Shown here: one piece after another, positions 57,723 through 64,000 of the stretch | Layout of the letters: each line of letters starts with the position of its first letter | Numbering within the stretch: the first letter of the stretch is position 1 | Assembly: GCA_039630345.1 (NCBI GenBank) | Contig: JBCNVD010000008.1 | Location: 1 to 64,000 of the forward strand | Reading direction: 5' to 3' | Length of the DNA: 64,000 nt | From: Aquificaceae bacterium | Lineage (GTDB): Bacteria > Aquificota > Aquificia > Aquificales > Aquificaceae | Translations under genes and position numbers: made by a program | The notes under the pieces: model-generated | What the model was told of the DNA's origin: nothing | The model's database searches: none | Seen by the model: the letters and a program-made list of their open reading frames with translations, nothing else

Positions 57723-58810
57723 CAGGGCTTTACCAGCTTTGCACCGGCTTTTAATGAACCTTTTACAAGGACTTTATCACCTTGCTCAGACTCTAATTTT
57801 ACCGGCACTTTAACTTTTCTCACGCCGTCAAAGACTATAACAGACCCATCTTTATAATAATCTTTTGGCACAGCAAATACCTTTTCTGTCTTTACCTCTA
57901 TTTTTGCATCTATACTTGCATCAAAGGGCGTGTTTGGAGGTATAGGCGCATCCACTTTCAGGGTTATTAGTTTTCTTGAGCGGTCGACCCTTGGCAATAT
58001 TTCCTTTACTATTCCCTGAAAAGCAGCGCTTTCGCTCATATCAAGTCTTAATTCTGCAATCTGACCTACTTTAACCAAAGAGGCGTATTCCTCGTCTATT
58101 TCAAGAATGATTTCCCATTCAGGTCTGCCTATTATAAAAAGAGCTTCGCCAATTTGGACTATATCTCCTTTTGAGACCTCGCGTTTTAAAACCACTCCGT
58201 CTATAGGGCTTCTTACTTCATACTTTTTGCTCTGAGTTTTTAAACTCTCGAGTCTTGCGCTACTTAAACTAACTCTGTCTCTTGCACTCTTTATTGTGTC
58301 CATAAGAGAGTTTTCCAAACTCTCAAGCTCTTTTTTGTTAATCTCGTAATCTGTTCTTGCTCTCTCGAGCGTCTCTTTTGCTATTAAACCCTCTTTGTAT
58401 AGCTCCTCTCTTCTTCTTAAAATTTCTCCTGAGAGTTCAAGACTCTTTCTTGCGCTCTCTACCTTTGCTCTCAGGCTTTTGATATGCTCTGAGTCTTCAG
58501 AAGCTCTCTGTTTTGCTATGCTTAGCTCTATGCTAGCTTCTTTGATTCCTGAGTTTATTATGCTCTGGTCTATTCTTGCAAGTATTTGTCCGCTCTTTAC
58601 AGCTTGACCTTCTTCCACCAAAACCTCAAGCACTTCCCCGCTAACCTCGGCTTTGACTCTTGAGCGAACTTTCGGACTTACAAAACCAGAGCCATACACA
58701 AAGGTCTTAACGTCCCTTTCCTCTGCTTTTGCAAATTCCTGTTTTTGTGACCTTGTAGCTAAAATAGCTATTGCAATCACCACAAGCACAAAAACTATGA
58801 AAATTCTCAC
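57722..58810 (-). CDS. Efflux periplasmic adaptor (MFP/HlyD family)
   Basis: N-terminal anchor, VEEGQAVKSGQ lipoyl half, coiled coil, SPIDGVV. Confidence 0.9.
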   Translation of the reverse strand: MRIFIVFVLVVIAIAILATRSQKQEFAKAEERDVKTFVYGSGFVSPKVRSRVKAEVSGEVLEVLVEEGQAVKSGQILARIDQSIINSGIKEASIELSIAKQRASEDSEHIKSLRAKVESARKSLELSGEILRRREELYKEGLIAKETLERARTDYEINKKELESLENSLMDTIKSARDRVSLSSARLESLKTQSKKYEVRSPIDGVVLKREVSKGDIVQIGEALFIIGRPEWEIILEIDEEYASLVKVGQIAELRLDMSESAAFQGIVKEILPRVDRSRKLITLKVDAPIPPNTPFDASIDAKIEVKTEKVFAVPKDYYKDGSVIVFDGVRKVKVPVKLESEQGDKVLVKGSLKAGAKLVKP

Positions 58811-58874
58811 TTTAATATATTATCCTGCGACAATGTAAGTTCATTAAGACGGGCTTACCCCTTAAGATAAGCTG

Positions 58875-59822
58875 ATGGAACTTAGACAGCTCATTCTCTC
58901 AAGGGCAAGAGAGCTAAATCTAGACCTAAAACCGCGCGTCATAGACCTCATTTACAGAAACATCCACGGACTTTTAAACCCAAATATAACAAATATAATT
59001 GCCAAAACCGCCTTCGGCGAAACCACCCTTATACACCCCAAATATGGAGAGCCTTATCATAGCCTGAGTGCAGGAGTTATAACTGAATGTGATTCAAAAT
59101 TTATAATCCCCAGTAAGTTGCTTGATAAAGCCAGAATCTCAAAGGAACTATCCATACTTGAAATTGGTTTTGGTCTTGGCTTTTGTCTTGCAAGAGCCTT
59201 AAATCTTTTAAAGATGATAAACTCTAGCATAAAACTGAGGCTAATTAGCATAGATTCAGAGCTGCCTAAAGTATTTCCCCCTCCGCCGGAAGTTATTTCA
59301 AAAGAGCACTCAAGGCTAATTTCATCTATACCATCATTGTCAGAAAGGGATATTGAGTTTAGCCTTATTCTAAAAGATGCAAGAGAGGCTCTAAAATGTG
59401 TCATAGGTGAGTTTGATGCGATTTTCCATCATGGGTTTTCTCCTCTGAGAAACCCAGAGCTCTGGACAGAGGATATTCTCAGATTGGCTATAAGATACCT
59501 AAAGCCAGATGGGGTTTGGGTATCTTTTACCTCATCCTTGGCGGTTAGAAAAGCCCTTTTGAATTTAGGTCTTAAAGTGCAATCAGTCTCTCCAGTTGGC
59601 AGAAAAAGCCCATCCACCAGGGCTGGGTTTAATCTTTCACAAAATCTTTCTTGTGTTGAACTAAAAAAGCTAAATACTTCAGCTTTTGCAATTCCTCTTA
59701 AAGACCCTGAGTTAAATTGGTCGCGGGAGAAAATCCTTGCGGACTACTTAATAAGGGTTATGGCCCAGGGCGGACTCGAACCGCCGACACCCCGGTTTTC
59801 AGCCGGGTGCTCTACCAACTGA
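58875..59822 (+). CDS. mnmD: Stand-alone MnmC2/MnmD-type tRNA mnm5s2U methyltransferase (DUF752)
   Basis: YGEPYHS, ILEIGFGLG, GFSPLRNPELWT. Confidence 0.82.
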   Translation: MELRQLILSRARELNLDLKPRVIDLIYRNIHGLLNPNITNIIAKTAFGETTLIHPKYGEPYHSLSAGVITECDSKFIIPSKLLDKARISKELSILEIGFGLGFCLARALNLLKMINSSIKLRLISIDSELPKVFPPPPEVISKEHSRLISSIPSLSERDIEFSLILKDAREALKCVIGEFDAIFHHGFSPLRNPELWTEDILRLAIRYLKPDGVWVSFTSSLAVRKALLNLGLKVQSVSPVGRKSPSTRAGFNLSQNLSCVELKKLNTSAFAIPLKDPELNWSREKILADYLIRVMAQGGLEPPTPRFSAGCSTN

Positions 59823-59833
59823 GCTACCGGGCC
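59761..59833 (-). tRNA. tRNA-Phe(GAA), no encoded CCA
   Basis: Reverse complement GGCCCGG...CCCGG-CTGAAAA-CCGGG...GGTTCGAGTCC...CTGGGCCA. Confidence 0.95.
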
Positions 59834-59846
59834 TATAAGTTGATGA

Positions 59847-60485
59847 TTATAGTCTAGAGTTTACAATTTCCAGCGCCTTTTTGAGAACTTCCTCTGGGCT
59901 AAGGCCCGTGCTATCTATAACTATAGCGTCTTCTGCCTTGCGAAATGGATATACAGGTCTTGTTTCGTCTCTTATATCTCTTTCTATCAGCGCTTTCGTG
60001 ATTTCCTCTAAGCTAAATATCTGGCCTTTTTCCTTTAGCTGTTTTTGTCTTCTTCTTGCTCTTTCTTCTATGCTTGCGCTTAGAAAGATTTTAACCTCCG
60101 CATTTGGAAATATGTATGTACCTGCATCTCTGCCTTCTGCTACCAGATTTTTACCTGCAACTGAGCGAAATAGCTCGTTTAGCTTTTCCCTAAAAGCTGG
60201 ATTTGTAGCTATTTCTGATGCCTTTTCCCCTATTTCTTCAGAGCTTAGCTCTTTGGTTATGTCAAGGCCTCTATAAAGTATTAATGTTTTACCTATGCAT
60301 GGGACTATTTTTATATCTTCGCCAAATAGCTCAAGAGGGTTTGTTACTTTTTCTCTGATGGAAATTAGCGCAAATGCTCTATAGCATAGCCCTGTATTTA
60401 GATAGTTAAAGCCAAGAGCTTCTGATAGGCTCCTTGCCAGGGTACTCTTGCCACTTGCAGCTGGTCCGTCAATTGCTACTATCAC
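59847..60485 (-). CDS. cmk: Cytidylate kinase
   Basis: AIDGPAASGKST, AEGRDAG, ERARRR. Confidence 0.95.
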   Translation of the reverse strand: MIVAIDGPAASGKSTLARSLSEALGFNYLNTGLCYRAFALISIREKVTNPLELFGEDIKIVPCIGKTLILYRGLDITKELSSEEIGEKASEIATNPAFREKLNELFRSVAGKNLVAEGRDAGTYIFPNAEVKIFLSASIEERARRRQKQLKEKGQIFSLEEITKALIERDIRDETRPVYPFRKAEDAIVIDSTGLSPEEVLKKALEIVNSRL

Positions 60486-61588
60486 GAAAAGTATCCGCCT
60501 ACTGCACCTCCTGAAGACACGCCTCTTAGTTTTAGCTCGAGGTCTGAAGGTTTTGAGGCATACATCATGGCGGTTTTGAAATCTATTACCCCTTCTCTAT
60601 AGAGAATTTCAAGATGCTGGTCGAATGTTTGCGTGCCATATATAGGACGACCTTTTTCAAGTAGCGCAGGAATTTCCTCGAATTTTGAAGGGTCTAATAT
60701 GCATTCTCTTATAGATGCTGTGTTTATTAAAATCTCTGCTGCCACTCTAACCCCGCTTCCATCTGCTTTTGGCACAAGTCTTTGAGAGGATATTGCGACT
60801 ATAGTGTGTGCTAGTTGCATTCTTATTTGTTCTCTTACTTCAAGGCTAAACATGCCAATGATGCGGTTGATCGTCTCTTTTGCATCCAGAGTGTGAAGCG
60901 TTGACATAACTAAATGTCCGGTTTCTGCTGCCTGAAGAGCAATCAGCGCAGTCTCTGCGTCTCTTATCTCACCAACCAGGATTACATCTGGGTCTTCACG
61001 AAGTGCGGCTCTTAGACCTTTTGCAAACGAAGAGGTGTCTAATCCTACTTCACGCTGGACTATAAAGGATTGTTTGTCATTATGTAAGTACTCGATAGGG
61101 TCTTCTATAGTTACTATAACCCTGTCTTGAGATGAATTTATTGCGTCTATGAGTGATGCAAGAGTGGTGGATTTTCCAGAACCGGTTGGACCTGTTACAA
61201 GTATAAGACCTTTTGTGTTTTCCAGAGTTGTAGTTTTTAAAACCTCTGGTAAGTTGAGAGTCTCAAAAGGAGGAATTTTGTATGGAATTGTTCTCAGAGC
61301 CATTCCAATTGTTGACCTCTGTTTATAGGCGTTTACCCTGTATCTTGCAACCCCGGGAAGAGAATAAGAAGTATCCACCTCTCCGTATTCTTCAAACTCT
61401 GCTACCTTTTTTCTATTTTTCTCTATGATTTCTCTGAGTATCATCTCCATAACTCGCTCGTCCAGGGTAGGAAAATCTTGGAGCTTTACGAGCTTTTTCT
61501 TTGCCCTAACAATAGGCACGCTTCCGGTTTTCAGGTGTATATCCGAGGCGCCAATCTCATGCGCTTTTTTAAGAATCAGTTGAAGCAA
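60482..61588 (-). CDS. pilT: Type IV pilus retraction ATPase (PilT/PilU family)
   Basis: [35 protein letters not shown]. Confidence 0.9.
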   Translation of the reverse strand: MLQLILKKAHEIGASDIHLKTGSVPIVRAKKKLVKLQDFPTLDERVMEMILREIIEKNRKKVAEFEEYGEVDTSYSLPGVARYRVNAYKQRSTIGMALRTIPYKIPPFETLNLPEVLKTTTLENTKGLILVTGPTGSGKSTTLASLIDAINSSQDRVIVTIEDPIEYLHNDKQSFIVQREVGLDTSSFAKGLRAALREDPDVILVGEIRDAETALIALQAAETGHLVMSTLHTLDAKETINRIIGMFSLEVREQIRMQLAHTIVAISSQRLVPKADGSGVRVAAEILINTASIRECILDPSKFEEIPALLEKGRPIYGTQTFDQHLEILYREGVIDFKTAMMYASKPSDLELKLRGVSSGGAVGGYFS

Positions 61589-62573
61589 TTCCTGCTACCT
61601 CCCTAAGTTTAGTTATTAATTCTTTCATAAGCTCCTGGTTTTCTATTATAAATCTCTTTGCCTGTTCTCGCCCTTGTCCAAGCCTTAAGTCTCCGTAGCT
61701 AAACCACGAGCCACTTTTTGATATGAGTTTTAGATTGACCGCAGAGTCGAATATATCACAGGGTTTACAAATACCCTCTCCGTAGTTTATCTCCAGCTCC
61801 GCTTCCTGAAAGGGCGGGGCAAGCTTGTTTTTGACTATCCTTATCTTTACTCTGTAACCTATGCGGTCTTCTCCTTCTTTTAAATCCGGGCCTCTTCTGA
61901 CATCTATTCGCATATCTGCAAAAAACTTGAGTGCTCTCCCGCCGGGCGTGGTTTCTGGATTTCCAAACATTACCCCTATTTTTTCCCTGAGCTGATTTAT
62001 GAATATGACCGCAGTGCCGCTTCTGTTTGCAACCCCTTTGATTTTGCGAAGAGCCTGAGACATCAGTCTTGCTTGCTTTCCAACATGAGCTTCCCCCATT
62101 TCACCTTCAAGCTCATCTCTTGGAACCAGGGCTGCGACTGAGTCCACAACCACTATGTCAACTGCGTTGCTACTTACAAGAGTCTCTACAATTTCAAGAG
62201 CTTGCTCTCCAAAATCTGGCTGAGATATATAGAGTTTTGTTATATCAACGCCAATCTTCTGGGCGTATTTTGGGTCAAGTGCATGCTCTGCGTCTATAAA
62301 TACGGCTATCCCGCCACTTTTCTGGGCTTCTGCGATTGTATGAAGCGCAAGGGTTGTTTTTCCAGACGATTCAGGACCAAATATTTCAACTATCTTGCCG
62401 CGTGGAATGCCCCCTACGCCTGTAGCTATATCAAGCGCTATAGAACCGGTTGATATTGCTTTCACGTTTATACTCTGTGCGCCAAATAGTTGCATAACTG
62501 CGTTTTTTCCAAATCTTTTCTCTATGCTTGCAAGCGCACTTTCAAGTGCTTTTTGTCTCTCTGGGTCTTGCAT
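61569..62573 (-). CDS. recA: Recombinase RecA
   Basis: [37 protein letters not shown]. Confidence 0.98.
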   Translation of the reverse strand: MQDPERQKALESALASIEKRFGKNAVMQLFGAQSINVKAISTGSIALDIATGVGGIPRGKIVEIFGPESSGKTTLALHTIAEAQKSGGIAVFIDAEHALDPKYAQKIGVDITKLYISQPDFGEQALEIVETLVSSNAVDIVVVDSVAALVPRDELEGEMGEAHVGKQARLMSQALRKIKGVANRSGTAVIFINQLREKIGVMFGNPETTPGGRALKFFADMRIDVRRGPDLKEGEDRIGYRVKIRIVKNKLAPPFQEAELEINYGEGICKPCDIFDSAVNLKLISKSGSWFSYGDLRLGQGREQAKRFIIENQELMKELITKLREVAGIASTDS

Positions 62574-62576
62574 CTT

Positions 62577-62837
62577 TTAATGCTCCAGTATTCTCTGGAC
62601 GCGAAAGTACCCATCTGATAGTTTTAAAAACCTTCTGTCTAGTTCAAATCTCTCCACCGTGTCTTCTCTTAAGTTTTCTAACTTTTCAAAGGCAAAAAAT
62701 GGTTCTACATTCTCTGTGTCAATCTCTTCAAGGGCTTTGACGAAGCTGATTATTCTCTCCAGGTCTTTTTTTAGTTCGTTTTCCTGCTCCTGACTAAGCT
62801 CAAGCTTTGCAAGCTGTGCAACTCTCTTTATATCCAT
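62577..62837 (-). CDS. gatC: Asp/Glu-tRNA amidotransferase subunit C
   Basis: VAQLAKLEL, IDTENVEP, LRED, GYFRV. Confidence 0.9.
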   Translation of the reverse strand: MDIKRVAQLAKLELSQEQENELKKDLERIISFVKALEEIDTENVEPFFAFEKLENLREDTVERFELDRRFLKLSDGYFRVQRILEH

Positions 62838-62847
62838 CAAAAATATA

Positions 62848-63327
62848 TTAACGCCCTTTTGAGAAAATCTCCTTTATTAAAATCCCTGAAACTGCAATAC
62901 TTATACTTGCATCTGCCAGATTGAAAGCTGGCCAGGAAAACCAGCCATAGGATATATAGATAAAGTCTCTGACCTGGCCGAGAAAGAGCCTGTCGTAAAA
63001 GTTCCCAAGCGCACCTCCAGCTATAGCACCAAGAAACAGGGCATTATAAAAATCTCTTGATTTTACTGCGTAATGGAGCGTAATCAAAACTGCAATAGGG
63101 GGAGTTAACAAAATAGCTGGCAGACGGATAGCTTCAGGCGCATCAGATAAAAATCCAAACGCAACTCCTTTGTTATAGACCATCACAAATTGTAAAAATG
63201 GCAAGATATTTATGCTTTGGTCGATTAGTTTGTCCTCTGCAATCTTTTTGCTAAGCAGGTCAAAAGTAAGCACCATAGCAGTGCAAAAAAAATAAACTAA
63301 AATATATCTGATAGACTCTCTTCCCAC
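62848..63327 (-). CDS. lspA: Lipoprotein signal peptidase II
   Basis: NKGVAFG, GGALGNFYDR, VRDFI, WPAFNLAD. Confidence 0.95.
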   Translation of the reverse strand: MGRESIRYILVYFFCTAMVLTFDLLSKKIAEDKLIDQSINILPFLQFVMVYNKGVAFGFLSDAPEAIRLPAILLTPPIAVLITLHYAVKSRDFYNALFLGAIAGGALGNFYDRLFLGQVRDFIYISYGWFSWPAFNLADASISIAVSGILIKEIFSKGR

Positions 63328-64000
63328 AGCTTTTTTAACTCCTCTATACTAAGGGATAAAACCTTTTCGCAGTTGTTACTTATTTCAAGTGTGTTGTTTT
63401 GATTTACCCGACCTATGAGTAACCACTCTAGTCCGTATGACTCTGTAAGATTTTGAAGCTCTGCGGATTTTTGCGGTGATACACTCAAAATTACATTCGT
63501 AGGGCATTCTGAAAAGAGAAAAAGGTCAAGTCTATCTTCGATATAGAGCTCTAACTCTATGCCAAGGTTTGTTTCAAAGACGCTCTCAAGTGCCGAGATT
63601 ATTATTCCGCCCAGTGATACATCGTGACAGGAATTTAGAATATCTCTTTCTGAGAGCTCAAATAAAAGCTCGTGAAGAGCTCTCTCTTTATCGAGGTTTA
63701 TCCTGGGGATAGGCCCTGCTGTCTTTTTGTGAATGTAGCTTAGAAACTCACTGCCTCCTATGCACGGCTCTTTGCGAATGTCCCCGACAAGGTATATAAG
63801 GTCTGATGGCTCTTTGAACCTGTGGTCGTAAGTAGGTGTTCCTTCGCGCCAGCCAACCGCAACCACTATGGGCGTTGGGTAGATGTTTCTAACAGTTTCT
63901 CTGGTTATGGTTTCATTATATAAAGAGACATTACCGCTTATTACTGGCACTGAGAAAAACTCACATGCATAGGCAATACCTTCAATAGAGCTAACTAGCT
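63297..64000 (-). CDS. purL: Phosphoribosylformylglycinamidine synthase subunit PurL, C-terminal part; 5' end outside window
   Basis: Frame open to the window edge (IEGIAYAC...PVISGNVSLYNE), IYPTP, HDVSLGG, LFSE. Confidence 0.93.
   Translation of the reverse strand, partial: LVSSIEGIAYACEFFSVPVISGNVSLYNETITRETVRNIYPTPIVVAVGWREGTPTYDHRFKEPSDLIYLVGDIRKEPCIGGSEFLSYIHKKTAGPIPRINLDKERALHELLFELSERDILNSCHDVSLGGIIISALESVFETNLGIELELYIEDRLDLFLFSECPTNVILSVSPQKSAELQNLTESYGLEWLLIGRVNQNNTLEISNNCEKVLSLSIEELKKLWEESLSDIF

Noticed and set aside
449..62740. Numerous 60-150-aa ORFs antisense to or nested in clear genes (e.g. 1450-1824, 10527-10901, 15038-15481, 20116-20478, 40362-40790, 59881-60276)
   Set aside because: Shadow frames of well-supported genes with no motifs or translation signals
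1..64000. CRISPR array, IS/transposase, integrase or prophage
   Set aside because: No regularly spaced short repeats and no recognisable mobile-element proteins; tRNA flanks show no att-like duplications

Overview
A gene-dense, housekeeping-rich chromosomal segment from a thermophilic bacterium, most likely Aquificaceae. This assignment is inferred from the archaeal-type FBP aldolase/phosphatase and SAM synthetase, chromosomal RusA, stand-alone MnmD, soxWYZAXB without soxCD, CCA-less tRNA genes, and scattered operon subunits. About 65 CDS and 3 tRNA genes (Pro-GGG, Thr-CGT, Phe-GAA) are supported. I saw no CRISPR array, IS, integrase or prophage. The best leads are: (1) a GC-rich 5' leader before a YcbK/MepK-type cell-wall peptidase that can form either an H-type pseudoknot or a Shine-Dalgarno (SD)-blocking hairpin, a candidate new riboswitch; (2) tRNA punctuation of the rpsO-pnp-dut region, with the pnp stop codon inside tRNA-Thr; (3) a divergent ECF sigma / anti-sigma / minimal subtilase module whose anti-sigma may carry a propeptide-like domain; (4) a recurrent TAnnnT box 6-9 nt upstream of SD-less start codons, suggesting widespread leaderless mRNAs and very compact bidirectional promoters; (5) mnmD reading antisense through tRNA-Phe; (6) a 1-nt frameshift in bamA. 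All calls come from motif recognition by eye; no database search was run.
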